Source: Pyrinomonadaceae bacterium
GTDB taxonomy: Bacteria; Acidobacteriota; Blastocatellia; Pyrinomonadales; Pyrinomonadaceae
Length of the DNA stretch: 64,000 bases
Assembly (NCBI GenBank): GCA_035295985.1
Contig: DATHBT010000004.1
Location: 4,170 to 68,169 of the forward strand
Reading direction: 5' to 3'
Shown here: piece by piece, positions 41,137 to 50,892 of the stretch
Position numbering within the stretch: the stretch's first letter is position 1
Layout: each line of letters opens with the position of its first letter
Program-made: the position numbers and the translations under genes
The notes under the pieces: generated by a model
The model's database searches: none
What the model saw: the letters and a program-made list of their open reading frames with translations, nothing else
What the model was told of the DNA's origin: nothing

Positions 41137-44118
41137 ATGCGTCGCGCCAGCCACTATCAGATTGATAACCCCCGCCCCGACAAGTCAAAATCATCGTCCG
41201 CGCGAACGGGCGCGGCCCGCGCGCCCTCGGCCCGCAGGGGCCGCGCCCCACTCCTCGCGCTCTTAGCTGTAGTCATCGCGGCCTCGCAGGCCGCCGTTTC
41301 CTTTGCCTGGTCGGGCGGCGGGCGCGCAACTGCGCTCGCCGCCGCGCCCTCTGCCGCCCCCGCCGCCGAGCGTGACTTCGCCGCCGGCTTCTTTTCGGCC
41401 GCGCTTGTCCAACTCGCGTCCGAGTCCGTCGAGACCTACGCCGGCGACTGCACGACGCCTAAGGATGACTTCACCTTGGGCGACACGGTGTGCGTGAAGG
41501 CCAGCGTCCCCTTCTCCTTCATGCTGGGGCGGCGCAACATCAATATAATCGGGCCGGCGAACGTCGTGAGGGCCTCGATAGGCGTGTCGGACCAGTCCCT
41601 GTCCCAGACTCTCACATTTACCATCCCGGCGACGGCCCAGACCATGATCGGAGATGAGTCGTTCGACAACAACGGCACCTGGCGCGCAGACCTCTCGACG
41701 GTGACCGGCTCGCGCCGCGCCTCCGTCTTCTTCGACGTCTCCGGGTCGACCGCGGCGGCCGACCTGCAGGCCATCCTGGGTATCGACGGCGCTGGCACGG
41801 TCCAGTCGGGCGGCCCGCTGGCGGTGTCGGTTTACGTCTTTAACGTGGGGCCCTCCGCGGCGGAGAACGTCGTGGTCACCCCGCCCAGCCACACGGGCCT
41901 CTCGCTCCAGAACTTCGCGCCCGCGAGCGGCTCCGACTGCGGCGGCCCATGCACTATCGCAAGCCTCGGGCGGCGCAGCTTCGCCAAGTTCGTGGCGACC
42001 TACAACGTGACGGCGGCGGAGGGCTCGAAGATCGTCGCCAGGGCTTCGGTGACGAGCGACACGCTCGATCCGCGGCCGACCTTCGACTACAGGGTGGACG
42101 ACGAGAACCCGGCACCGCCCCCCAACACCAACGTCCATTCAATCACCCTGGCCGTTACGACCGGCGTCGACCCGACCCCGTCCTGCACGCTCGCCTGCCC
42201 GGCGGACATCGTGACGACCGCGAACACGACCGAGAACGGCCAGCCGGGTGCATTCGTGAAATACTCCGCCGCGTCGGGTTCCGGCGACTGCGGGGCGGTG
42301 TCGAGTAACCCGGCCCTCGACGAGCTAACGGGCACAAAATTCTTCCCGGTCGGCACGCACACCGTCACGTCCACCTCGGAGACGGGGGGCGGTAGTTGCA
42401 GCTTCGCCGTCAAAGTCCTCGACACGCCCGCGCCGACCATCTCCTGCCCGGCGGACCAGTTCGCCACCACGCCCGCGGGCTCCGACGAGGCGAACGTGGC
42501 CGTCGGCACGCCGACTTTCACCGCTTCGGGCGGCGGGACCGTTGTGGGCGAGCGTAGCGACAGCACGGTGGCTGAGCCGAAGGCGCTGACCGACCCGTAT
42601 CCCGTGGGCATCACGGGCATCCTCTGGACGGTCACCGACGGCGACGGACGCACGGCAATATGCCGGCAGAGAGTCACCGTCGGAGCCGGTTCATGCGCCG
42701 GCGACACCGAGCCCCCGACCGTCACGGCCCCGCCCGACGTCACGATAGGCACGGGCACCGTCAACACTGGCTGCGCCGTGAATCTCGACGACGAGCTGGG
42801 GCAGGCCGAGGCAAGCGACAACTGCTCGGTGACCGTCACAGTCTCGGGCGCGCCCGCGGGCAACAACTTCGCCCCCGGCACCTACACGCTGACCTATACG
42901 GCCACCGACGGGGCGGGCCTGACCGCCACGGACACGCAGGTCGTCAAGGTGGTTGACGACACGGTGCCCATCATCGCGGCGCCCGACGACGCCACTTACG
43001 CCTGCCTGAGCGAGGTGCCCGCGGCCAGCCCGTCGCAGGCGCGCGGCCCCGTGATCGGCTCGGACGGCCAGTTCGTGGTTGACGCCAGCGGCGCCCTCGT
43101 CTTCAGCGGCGCGCCGTTCGATAACTGCGGCGTGCCGACGGTGACGGTGACGGAGAGCAACAACGGCGGCGCGGGCTCGGCCGCCAACCCGCTCGTAATC
43201 ACGCGCACCTTCAAGGCCGCTGACGCCGCCGGCAATTCCGCCACGGCCGTGCAGACCATTACGGTCGCCGACGGCTCGCCGCCCGTCATCGAGGCCCCGG
43301 CGGACGCGAGCTACCAGTGTCTGGCCGAGGTGCCGGCGGCCAGTCCGTCGCAGGCGACCGCCTCCGACAACTGCTCCGTGACCGTCGCGGTCGCGGAGAG
43401 CAACAACGGCGGGGCGGGCTCGGCCGCCAGCCCGCTCGTCGTCACGCGCGTCTTCACGGCGACCGACGGCGCGGGCAACCAGACGAGCGACACGCAGACG
43501 ATCACGGTCATTGACAACACGCCGCCGGCGCTGAGCGTCCCGGCCGACGTCACGGTCTACCTGCCGCTCAACACGCCGGACGTTTCGATGAACGTCACCT
43601 ACCCGGCTGCCACGGCGTCAGACAACTGCGCCGGCGCGGTGACAATCGCCTACAGCAAGCAGTCGGGGACGGTCTTCGGCGTCGGCACCACGGTGGTGAC
43701 GGTGACTGCCACCGACGCTGTCGGCAACCAGACGGTGAAGACCTTCAACGTGAACGTGTTGTACAACTTCACCGGCTTCTTCTCACCCGTCGAGAACGGC
43801 CCCGCCTTCAACCTGGTGAAGGCCGGGCAGTCCGTGCCGCTGAAGTTCAGCCTAAGTGGCAACAAGGGACTGGACATCCGCCCGGCGGGCTCGCCGACGG
43901 TAATCCAGATTAGCTGCAACGACGGAGCCCCGCTGAACGACGTGAGCGAGATTTACACGGTCACGGCCGGCAGCAGCGGGCTCACTTACGACTCGCTCAC
44001 CGACCAGTACAAGTACGTCTGGAAGACCGAGAGCGGGTGGGCCGCGGGCACCTGCCGCCAGTTCGTGCTCAGGCTGAACGACGGCACCGCGCATAGTGCC
44101 TACTTCAAATTCAAGTAG
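41137..44118 (+). CDS. large secreted surface protein with DUF11/CARDB-like and multiple HYR (hyalin-repeat) Ig-like domains
   Basis: 993 aa with an N-terminal TM/signal segment LLALLAVVIAASQAAV. HYR-type modules repeat (CPADIVTTANT..., ISCPADQFATT..., ASDNCSVTVTVSGAPAGNNFAPGTYTLTYTATDGAGLTATDTQVVKVVDDTVP). Two tandem paralogous modules lie at about 42976-43525. Confidence 0.75.
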   Translation: MRRASHYQIDNPRPDKSKSSSARTGAARAPSARRGRAPLLALLAVVIAASQAAVSFAWSGGGRATALAAAPSAAPAAERDFAAGFFSAALVQLASESVETYAGDCTTPKDDFTLGDTVCVKASVPFSFMLGRRNINIIGPANVVRASIGVSDQSLSQTLTFTIPATAQTMIGDESFDNNGTWRADLSTVTGSRRASVFFDVSGSTAAADLQAILGIDGAGTVQSGGPLAVSVYVFNVGPSAAENVVVTPPSHTGLSLQNFAPASGSDCGGPCTIASLGRRSFAKFVATYNVTAAEGSKIVARASVTSDTLDPRPTFDYRVDDENPAPPPNTNVHSITLAVTTGVDPTPSCTLACPADIVTTANTTENGQPGAFVKYSAASGSGDCGAVSSNPALDELTGTKFFPVGTHTVTSTSETGGGSCSFAVKVLDTPAPTISCPADQFATTPAGSDEANVAVGTPTFTASGGGTVVGERSDSTVAEPKALTDPYPVGITGILWTVTDGDGRTAICRQRVTVGAGSCAGDTEPPTVTAPPDVTIGTGTVNTGCAVNLDDELGQAEASDNCSVTVTVSGAPAGNNFAPGTYTLTYTATDGAGLTATDTQVVKVVDDTVPIIAAPDDATYACLSEVPAASPSQARGPVIGSDGQFVVDASGALVFSGAPFDNCGVPTVTVTESNNGGAGSAANPLVITRTFKAADAAGNSATAVQTITVADGSPPVIEAPADASYQCLAEVPAASPSQATASDNCSVTVAVAESNNGGAGSAASPLVVTRVFTATDGAGNQTSDTQTITVIDNTPPALSVPADVTVYLPLNTPDVSMNVTYPAATASDNCAGAVTIAYSKQSGTVFGVGTTVVTVTATDAVGNQTVKTFNVNVLYNFTGFFSPVENGPAFNLVKAGQSVPLKFSLSGNKGLDIRPAGSPTVIQISCNDGAPLNDVSEIYTVTAGSSGLTYDSLTDQYKYVWKTESGWAAGTCRQFVLRLNDGTAHSAYFKFK

Positions 44119-44183
44119 GCCGAGGCCGCCGGCCCGGACGCAAGACCCGGGCCGGCACGCTTAAACTGAAACTTTCAACCACA

Positions 44184-44229
44184 GGAAGCCCCGCCGCCCC
44201 CTCGAAATTAAGGAGGCGGCGGGGCTTCC
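44184..44229 (+). terminator. hairpin downstream of the HYR protein gene
   Basis: GGAAGCCCCGCCGCC (44184-44198) pairs with GGCGGCGGGGCTTCC (44215-44229) as a perfect 15-bp stem with a 16-nt loop. There is no U tract. Confidence 0.55.
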
Positions 44230-44283
44230 GTGCTCCTGCCCGCAGGCTTTATTCACCCGCGATTCCGTCCGGGGTGGCGTCAC

Positions 44284-44312
44284 TTGACGAACATGTCCGC
44301 CCTATTTAGACT
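44284..44312 (+). promoter_or_regulatory. candidate sigma-70-type promoter for the wzm-wzt operon
   Basis: TTGACG (44284-44289), a 17-nt spacer, then TAGACT (44307-44312). Pattern match only. Confidence 0.3.
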
Positions 44313-44421
44313 GGCTAACTCCTCTCAGACACCAATCAACACAGTGCCGCTTTATGTCTGATGAGGGTAAGGTCGTGTGGGCCACTGCTACGCCAGGAGG
44401 CTGCCGATCCGGAAGATTTTA

Positions 44422-45360
44422 ATGGTCATGACCAGCAGCAACGACACGGGCGCGGTGTCCCCCGTACCTCCCGCGACCGGCATCCCCAGGCGGGTAGAAC
44501 CGGCCGGGGCGGCGGCGACGCTGGGCCAACACCGCCTGCCTGACGAGCCCCTGGTCACGATCCAGCACGGCAGCTCTTGGGGGGGGCTCGACCTCCGCGA
44601 GCTTTGGGAGTACCGCGAGCTGCTCTACTTCCTCGTCTGGCGAGACGTGAAGGTGCGCTACAAGCAGGCGGCGCTCGGCCTCGCCTGGGTTGTTATGCAG
44701 CCGCTGCTGATGACGCTCGTCTTCACGGTCTTCCTGGGGTATCTCGCCCGCGTGCCCTCGGACGGCATGCCCTACCTGCTCTTCGTCTACGTCGGCCTAC
44801 TGCCGTGGGGCTTCTTCTCGTCCGCCGTCCTGAACAGCAGCGGGAGCTTGGTGGGCAACGCCCACCTCATCACCAAGGTCTATTTCCCGCGCGGCGTCAT
44901 CCCGGCGGCGGCCGTGGGCGCCAGGCTCGTCGACCTGGCCGTGGCGTCGGTCATCCTGGCCGGGCTGATGGCCTACTACCGGGTCGTGCCTACGGCCGCC
45001 ATCCTGGCGGTGCCGCCGCTGGTCGCCCTGACGACGCTGCTGGCGCTGGCGTGCGGCATGCTCACCTCGTCACTGAACGTCAAGTACAGGGACGTAGGCG
45101 TGGCGATGCCCGTCCTGATGCAGCTCGGGATGTACCTCTCGCCGGTGCTCTACCCGCTGAGTCTCGTGCCGGAGGACTGGCGCTGGGTCTACGCGCTCAA
45201 CCCGATGGTCGGGATAGTCAGTGGCTTCCGCGCGGCGGTCCTCGGCCACGAATTCGACTGGTACGCCCTCGGTGTCTCGGCCGCCCTCACGCTGGCGCTG
45301 CTCGTCTGCGCGTCATACCTCTTCCGGCGGGTCGAGCGGGAGTTCGCCGACATCATCTAA
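44422..45360 (+). CDS. wzm: ABC-2 type polysaccharide/O-antigen export permease
   Basis: LRELWEYRELLYFLVWRDVKVRYKQAALGLAWVVMQPLL is the ABC-2 permease signature, and six TM helices are present. ATG at 44422 is preferred; GTG at 44377 is an alternative. Confidence 0.85.
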   Translation: MVMTSSNDTGAVSPVPPATGIPRRVEPAGAAATLGQHRLPDEPLVTIQHGSSWGGLDLRELWEYRELLYFLVWRDVKVRYKQAALGLAWVVMQPLLMTLVFTVFLGYLARVPSDGMPYLLFVYVGLLPWGFFSSAVLNSSGSLVGNAHLITKVYFPRGVIPAAAVGARLVDLAVASVILAGLMAYYRVVPTAAILAVPPLVALTTLLALACGMLTSSLNVKYRDVGVAMPVLMQLGMYLSPVLYPLSLVPEDWRWVYALNPMVGIVSGFRAAVLGHEFDWYALGVSAALTLALLVCASYLFRRVEREFADII

Positions 45361-45369
45361 CAAGCTCCC

Positions 45370-46692
45370 ATGAAGCCGATTGTCAGGGCCGAGGGCCTCG
45401 CAAAGAAGTACGTCATCGAGCCGGGGCGCGAGCCTTACCGGATGCTGCGCGAAACGCTGGCGAAGGCCATCAGGTCGCCGTTCAGGCGGCGCGGCGGGGC
45501 GCTGTCGGGCGCCGGGGAGGTCTGGGCGCTGGAGGACGTGGGCTTCGAGGTCAGGCCGGGTGAAGTGGTCGGCCTCATCGGGCGCAACGGCGCGGGCAAG
45601 TCGACGCTCCTCAAGGTGCTCTCGCGCATCACGGAGCCGACGCGCGGGCGCGTCGAACTCTACGGCCGCGTCGGCTCGCTGCTCGAAGTGGGCACCGGCT
45701 TCCACCCCGAGCTGACGGGGCGCGAGAACGTCTCCCTCAACGGCGCCATCCTCGGGATGCGCAAGGCCGAGATTGAGGCGAAGTTTGACGAGATCGTCGC
45801 CTTCGCGGAGGTCGAGAAGTTCATCGACACGCCCGTCAAGCGCTACTCGTCGGGGATGTACCTGCGCCTGGCCTTCGCCGTCGCCGCGCACCTCGAACCC
45901 GAGATACTGCTGGTGGACGAGGTGCTGGCCGTCGGCGACGCGCGCTTCCAGCGCAAGTGCCTCAACAAGATGGAGGACGTGGGGCAGCAGGGGCGTACCG
46001 TGCTCTTCGTCTCGCACAACATGCCGGCCGTCACGCGCCTCTGCCCGCGCACCATCCTGCTCGACGGCGGGCGCGTCCTCGCCGACGGCCCCTCCTCCGA
46101 GGTCGTGAGCGCGTACCTCAACTCGGGGCTGGGGACGACGGCCGCGCGCGAGTGGCCGGAACCGGAGCAGGCGCCGGGGAATGGGGTCGCGCGGCTGCGG
46201 GCCGTCCGCGTGCGCGACGACGAGGGGCGCGTCACCGACGCCGTTGACATACGCCGCCCCGTCGGCATCGAGATGGAGTTCGAGGTTCTCGAAGAGGGGC
46301 ACGTCCTCGTGCCCAACTACCACATCGTCAACGAGGAGGGCGTCCTCGTCTTCATCGCGGTCGAGCAGGGGACGCGCTGGCAGCGCGAGCCGCGCCCCCG
46401 CGGGGTGCACGTGAGCACGGCGTGGGTGCCGGGGAACCTGCTCGCCGAGTGCACGCTGATTGTGGGCGCCGCCGTCAGCACGCTCGACCCCGTGAGGGTG
46501 CACTTCTTCGAGCGCGACGTGGTGGCCTTCCAGGTCGTTGACAGCACCGAGGGCGACTCGGCGCGCGGCGCCTACGGCGGGTCGATGCCCGGCGTCATCA
46601 GGCCACTGCTCAACTGGACGGCGCGCCACGCGGCGGGCCCCGCCGCGGGGGGGGAGAGTCACATGACAGCCTTACGGGGGGGGACCACATGA
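45370..46692 (+). CDS. wzt: polysaccharide/O-antigen ABC exporter ATP-binding protein with C-terminal Wzt-type carbohydrate-binding domain
   Basis: Walker A is GRNGAGKST, the signature motif is YSSGMYLRLAFA and Walker B is ILLVDE. A C-terminal beta-rich extension of about 190 aa follows (ARLRAVRVRDDEGRVTDAVDIRRPVGIEMEFEV...). Confidence 0.9.
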   Translation: MKPIVRAEGLAKKYVIEPGREPYRMLRETLAKAIRSPFRRRGGALSGAGEVWALEDVGFEVRPGEVVGLIGRNGAGKSTLLKVLSRITEPTRGRVELYGRVGSLLEVGTGFHPELTGRENVSLNGAILGMRKAEIEAKFDEIVAFAEVEKFIDTPVKRYSSGMYLRLAFAVAAHLEPEILLVDEVLAVGDARFQRKCLNKMEDVGQQGRTVLFVSHNMPAVTRLCPRTILLDGGRVLADGPSSEVVSAYLNSGLGTTAAREWPEPEQAPGNGVARLRAVRVRDDEGRVTDAVDIRRPVGIEMEFEVLEEGHVLVPNYHIVNEEGVLVFIAVEQGTRWQREPRPRGVHVSTAWVPGNLLAECTLIVGAAVSTLDPVRVHFFERDVVAFQVVDSTEGDSARGAYGGSMPGVIRPLLNWTARHAAGPAAGGESHMTALRGGTT

Positions 46693-47789
46693 CAGACATA
46701 GCGGCGCCGACCGCCGACGCCACGAAGCCCGGGATGGAATCCGCGCTGCGCGCGATGGGCGCGTGCCTGGCGCGCGGCAACCCCGTCTACCTCCCGTCGA
46801 AGTTCTGGGACATCCAGAACGAGATAAACTTCAAACAGCTTGAGGACGAGGGCGTCGAGAACATCAAGCAGACGGTCGCGCTCAACTACTTCACCTTCGT
46901 CGGCCGCCAGCACTCGCAGTCCAAGTACCTCTTCGAGCACACGAGCCGCCTGTCGTGGCCCTCCATCCTTTACCGGCTCTGGCAGCACAGGCTGACGGTC
47001 AGCATCGCCTACAGGACGACGGCGCGCGACACCTCCTCGCGCATGACGCCCGAACAGCAGGTCGAGCTGACGGTGTTCACGAAGATGCTGTGGCAGCTGG
47101 CGCGGCAGGTGGACACGCTGAAGCTTCTGGAGCGCATCGAGGAGCCGGAGGTCGGCAACCCCTTCAAAATTTTCCGCGGCGGGCGGCTCATCTCGCAGGA
47201 CCTGGCGAACTCCGTCATCGAGTTCTACTCCATCAGGGAGCACTTCAGCCCCGCGCCCGGCGAGCCGGTGCGCGTGGGCGAGTTGGGCGCCGGCTACGGC
47301 CGCAACGCCTACGTCTTTCTGAAGGCCCTGCCGAACTGCAAGTACGTCGTCGTGGACATCCCGCCCGCGCTCTACGTCTCGCAGCACTACCTGTCGTCGG
47401 TCTTCCCCGGCAAGCGGGTCTTCAAGTTCAGGTGCTTCGAGAGCTTCGCCGAGGTGGAGGACGAGTTCATGGCCTCCGACATCGCCTTCCTCCTCCCGCA
47501 CCAGGCCGAGATGCTGCCGGCGAAGTCCTTAGACCTCTTCGTCAACATCTCGTCGCTGCACGAGATGAGGCCGGAACAGATCGGCGCCTACTTCGCGCTG
47601 ATAGACCGCCTGACCCGGGGCTACTTCTACTCGAAGCAGTGGTTCGTGAGCGAGAACCCCCACGACGGCATCCGCATCCGGCACGACGATTACCCCGTCC
47701 CGGCGCACTGGCGGCAGCTCTACCTGCGGCCGGCGCGCGTGCAGACCGAGTTCTTCGAGGCGATGTACGAGGTGGGCGCGAGCGCCTGA
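46689..47789 (+). CDS. putative sugar O-methyltransferase (class I SAM-dependent fold)
   Basis: 366 aa. The start overlaps the wzt stop (ATGA). A GxGxG-like segment VGELGAGYGRNAYVFL and the N-terminal PSKFWDIQNEINFKQLE resemble the putative sugar O-methyltransferase family found in glycan clusters. This is recollection, not a search. Confidence 0.5.
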   Translation: MTDIAAPTADATKPGMESALRAMGACLARGNPVYLPSKFWDIQNEINFKQLEDEGVENIKQTVALNYFTFVGRQHSQSKYLFEHTSRLSWPSILYRLWQHRLTVSIAYRTTARDTSSRMTPEQQVELTVFTKMLWQLARQVDTLKLLERIEEPEVGNPFKIFRGGRLISQDLANSVIEFYSIREHFSPAPGEPVRVGELGAGYGRNAYVFLKALPNCKYVVVDIPPALYVSQHYLSSVFPGKRVFKFRCFESFAEVEDEFMASDIAFLLPHQAEMLPAKSLDLFVNISSLHEMRPEQIGAYFALIDRLTRGYFYSKQWFVSENPHDGIRIRHDDYPVPAHWRQLYLRPARVQTEFFEAMYEVGASA

Positions 47790-47802
47790 AGGGGTGGATG
47801 AG

Positions 47803-48573
47803 ATGAAGGTCGTGATCCTCGCGGGGGGGCTGGGCACGCGGCTCGCGGAAGAGACCGAGATCAAGCCGAAGCCGATGGTCGAGATCGGGGGGCGCCCGAT
47901 CCTCTGGCACATCATGCGCCACTACTCGCACTTCGGCTTCGAGGAATTCTTCATCGCGCTCGGCTACCGCGGCGAGGTCATCAAGCGCTACTTCGTGGAC
48001 TACTGCGCGCTGAGCGGGAGCATGACGGTCGATCTGCGGCGCGGCAGCGTCGAGTCGCAGGAGAGCGAGTGCGAGGACTGGTACGTGCACCTGAAGAACA
48101 CGGGGCAGGAGACGAACACGGGCGGCCGCGTCAAGCGGCTTGAGCCCTGGCTGAAGGACGGCACCTTCCTCCTCACCTACGGCGACGGCGTGTGCGACAT
48201 CGACCTCGGGGAGTTGCTCGACTTTCACCGCACGCAGGGACGCCTCGCCACCGTGACGGCCGTCCGGCCCCCGGCGCGCTTCGGCGGCTTGGTCTTCGAC
48301 GGCGACCTGGTGGCCGAGTTCACCGAGAAGCCGCAGGTCGGCGAGGGCTGGATCAACGGCGGGTTCATGGTCTTCGAGCCCGCAGTGTTCGACTACATCA
48401 AGGGCGACGACACCAACCTCGAAGCCGACGTGCTGGAGCGCTTGGCCGAAGACCGGCAACTGGCGGCTTACCGCCACGAGGGCTTCTGGCAATGCATGGA
48501 CACCCTGCGCGACAAGCGCTACCTCGACGCGCTGTGGCGCGACCACCAGGCGCCGTGGAAGGTGTGGGGGTGA
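47803..48573 (+). CDS. rfbF: glucose-1-phosphate cytidylyltransferase
   Basis: MKVVILAGGLGTRLAEETEIKPKPMVEIGGRPILWHIMRHYSHFGFEEFFIALGYRG is the RfbF/DdhA signature. The ORF track starts 9 nt upstream at GTG 47794. Confidence 0.9.
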   Translation: MKVVILAGGLGTRLAEETEIKPKPMVEIGGRPILWHIMRHYSHFGFEEFFIALGYRGEVIKRYFVDYCALSGSMTVDLRRGSVESQESECEDWYVHLKNTGQETNTGGRVKRLEPWLKDGTFLLTYGDGVCDIDLGELLDFHRTQGRLATVTAVRPPARFGGLVFDGDLVAEFTEKPQVGEGWINGGFMVFEPAVFDYIKGDDTNLEADVLERLAEDRQLAAYRHEGFWQCMDTLRDKRYLDALWRDHQAPWKVWG

Positions 48574-48610
48574 CGCGCGGCGCCGAGGCTTTCTCTAGGC
48601 GGAATTAATA

Positions 48611-49591
48611 ATGGGAAACTTCTGGCTTGACCGCCCTACGTTCGTGACCGGCGCGACGGGCCTCGTCGGCGGGTGGCTCGTGCGCCGCCTCGTCTCGATG
48701 GGCGCGGACGTGGTCTGCCTCGTACGCGACTGGGTGCCGCAGAGCGAGCTGGTGCGGTCGTCGCTGGCCGACCGGATTAAGCTGGTGCGCGGCGACGTGC
48801 GCGACCAGGCCCTGCTCGAACGCGCGCTCGGCGAGTACGAGATAGACACAGTCATCCATCTCGCCGCGCAGACCATCGTCACCATCGCCAACCGCAACCC
48901 CGTCTCGACCTGGGAGACGAACGTGCAGGGGTCTTGGGCCATCCTCGAAGCCTGCCGCCGCACGCCCACCGTCAGGCAGGTCGTGATGGCCTCCTCGGAC
49001 AAGGCCTACGGCGACCACGAGTCCCTGCCCTACGACGAGGAGACGCCGCTGCGGGGGCGCCACCCCTACGACGCGAGCAAGTCGTGCTCGGACATCATCT
49101 CGCAGGCCTACGCCGCCAGTTACGGGCTGCCCGTCGCCATCACGCGCTGCGGCAACTTCTACGGCGGCGGCGACCTCAACTGGAACCGCATCGTGCCGGG
49201 GACGATCCGCTCCGTGCTGCGCGGGCAGCGGCCCGTGATCCGCTCGGACGGGAAATCCGTCCGCGACTACTTCTACGTCGAGGACGGCGCCGCCGTCTAC
49301 ACGCTGCTGGCCGAGAGGCTGGCGGAGGACCCCGGGCTCGGGGGCCGCGCGTTCAACTTCTCGAACGAGTTGCAGATCACCGTCCTCGAGATGGCCGAGA
49401 AGGTCCTCTCGCTGATGGGGTCCGACCTCCGGCCCGACGTGCGCAACGAGGCGACCAACGAGATCCGCCACCAGTACCTGAGCGCCGCCCGCGCCCGCGA
49501 GGAGTTGGACTGGCGGCCGCTGTTCACCCTGGACGAGGGCCTGCGGAGGACCATCGACTGGTACAAATCCTTCATGGGAATGCCCTCATGA
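48611..49591 (+). CDS. NAD-dependent NDP-hexose 4,6-dehydratase (CDP-glucose 4,6-dehydratase-like SDR)
   Basis: 326 aa with the Rossmann motif [12 protein letters not shown] and the catalytic YDASKSCSD motif. It lies directly downstream of rfbF. The exact nucleotide-sugar specificity is not determinable by eye. Confidence 0.65.
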   Translation: MGNFWLDRPTFVTGATGLVGGWLVRRLVSMGADVVCLVRDWVPQSELVRSSLADRIKLVRGDVRDQALLERALGEYEIDTVIHLAAQTIVTIANRNPVSTWETNVQGSWAILEACRRTPTVRQVVMASSDKAYGDHESLPYDEETPLRGRHPYDASKSCSDIISQAYAASYGLPVAITRCGNFYGGGDLNWNRIVPGTIRSVLRGQRPVIRSDGKSVRDYFYVEDGAAVYTLLAERLAEDPGLGGRAFNFSNELQITVLEMAEKVLSLMGSDLRPDVRNEATNEIRHQYLSAARAREELDWRPLFTLDEGLRRTIDWYKSFMGMPS

Positions 49592-50847
49592 GTGAAGTCG
49601 GAAATGCCGCGCCCGCCTGCCGCTCGTGCGGCGCGGGGGGCCTCGAGGTGGTCCTGTCACTCGGCCGGACGCCGCTCGCTAACTCGCTTCTGACGGCGGA
49701 ACAGCTCGCGGAGCCCGAAGAGGCCTACCCGCTCGACCTGGCGTTCTGCGGGCGCTGCTCGCTGGTGCAGATCACTGAGACGGTGCCGCCGGAAAAGCTG
49801 TTCCGCGAGTACTTCTACCTCTCCTCGTTCTCCGACACCATGCTCCGCCACGCCGAGCAGACCGTCGCGCAGCTCGTCGCCTCCCGCGGCCTCGGCCCCG
49901 AAAGCCTCGTCGTCGAGGTCGCCAGCAACGACGGCTACCTGCTGCAGTATTACCGGCGCAGGGGCATCCCCGTGCTGGGCGTCGAGCCCGCCGCCAACAT
50001 CGCGCGCGTCGCCCGCGAGGAACGCGGCATCCCCACCCTCTGCGAGTTCTTCGGCGAGGAACTGGCCGGGCGGCTGAGCCGGGAGGGCGTGCGCGCCGAC
50101 GTCATTCACGCGAACAACGTGCTGGCGCACGTCGCCGACCTCAACGGGGTGGTGCGCGGCCTCGCGGCGCTGCTCAAGCCCGAGGGCGTGGCCGTCATCG
50201 AGGTGCCTTACGTGAAGGAGATGGTCGACCACTGCGAGTTCGACACCATCTACCACGAGCACCTCTGCTACTTCTCGCTGACGGCTCTCGACTCGCTGTT
50301 CCGGCGGCACGGGCTGGCCGTCCGGGACGTGGAGCGGCTGCCCATCCACGGCGGGACGCTGCGCGTCTTCGCCGGCCGTGAAGGGGTCGCCGGTTCGTCG
50401 GACGAAGGCGGCGCGGCGCGCGTGCGCGAGATGCTCCGGGAGGAGGAAGGGTGGGGCGTCGGCTCCGCGGACTTCTACCGCCGGTTCGGGGCCGAGGTGC
50501 AGCGCCTGCGGCGGGAGCTGCTCGAACTCCTCGCCGGGCTGAAGTCGCAGGGCAAGCGCATCGCCGTCTACGGGGCCTCGGCCAAGGGCAGCACGCTCCT
50601 GAACTACTTCGGCATCGGGGCCGAGACGCTCGACTTCGTCGTCGACCGCAGCACGGTCAAGCAGGGCTACTACACGCCGGGCACGCACCTGCCCATCTCG
50701 GAGCCGGGGCGGCTGCTGGCGGAAATGCCCGATTACGTCCTGCTGCTGACCTGGAACTTCGCCGACGAGATTCTGGAGCAGCAGGCCGAGTACCGCCGCC
50801 GCGGCGGGCGCTTCATCGTCCCCATCCCCGAACTGAAAGTCGTCTGA
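49588..50847 (+). CDS. NDP-hexose C-methyltransferase (TylCIII/EryBIII-like class I SAM MTase with N-terminal Zn-ribbon)
   Basis: The true start is ATG 49588, overlapping the upstream stop (ATGA). It has a CxxC...CxxC ribbon (CRSCGAGG...CGRCSLVQ). Other motifs are [28 protein letters not shown] and a C-terminal C-methyltransferase domain. The first 218 codons of ORF 48934-50847 are a shadow of the upstream gene. Confidence 0.8.
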   Translation: MSEVGNAAPACRSCGAGGLEVVLSLGRTPLANSLLTAEQLAEPEEAYPLDLAFCGRCSLVQITETVPPEKLFREYFYLSSFSDTMLRHAEQTVAQLVASRGLGPESLVVEVASNDGYLLQYYRRRGIPVLGVEPAANIARVAREERGIPTLCEFFGEELAGRLSREGVRADVIHANNVLAHVADLNGVVRGLAALLKPEGVAVIEVPYVKEMVDHCEFDTIYHEHLCYFSLTALDSLFRRHGLAVRDVERLPIHGGTLRVFAGREGVAGSSDEGGAARVREMLREEEGWGVGSADFYRRFGAEVQRLRRELLELLAGLKSQGKRIAVYGASAKGSTLLNYFGIGAETLDFVVDRSTVKQGYYTPGTHLPISEPGRLLAEMPDYVLLLTWNFADEILEQQAEYRRRGGRFIVPIPELKVV

Positions 50848-50892
50848 CGCCTAACGGCGTCGCTCTCAACAACCCATCGGCAAAGGCGCGGC

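Noticed and set aside
48934-49587. N-terminal 218 codons of the 637-aa ORF 48934-50847
   Set aside because: This Arg/Pro-rich stretch is an alternative frame of the dehydratase gene. The conserved C-methyltransferase sequence begins at ATG 49588, which overlaps the dehydratase stop codon. The same reasoning applies to 57913-58044 and 59450-59821.
45313-50688. Minus-strand ORFs 45313-46662, 46659-47501, 47542-48546, 48605-49471 and 49657-50688
   Set aside because: They are antisense to wzt, the O-methyltransferase, rfbF, the dehydratase and the C-methyltransferase, all of which have clear family motifs on the + strand.
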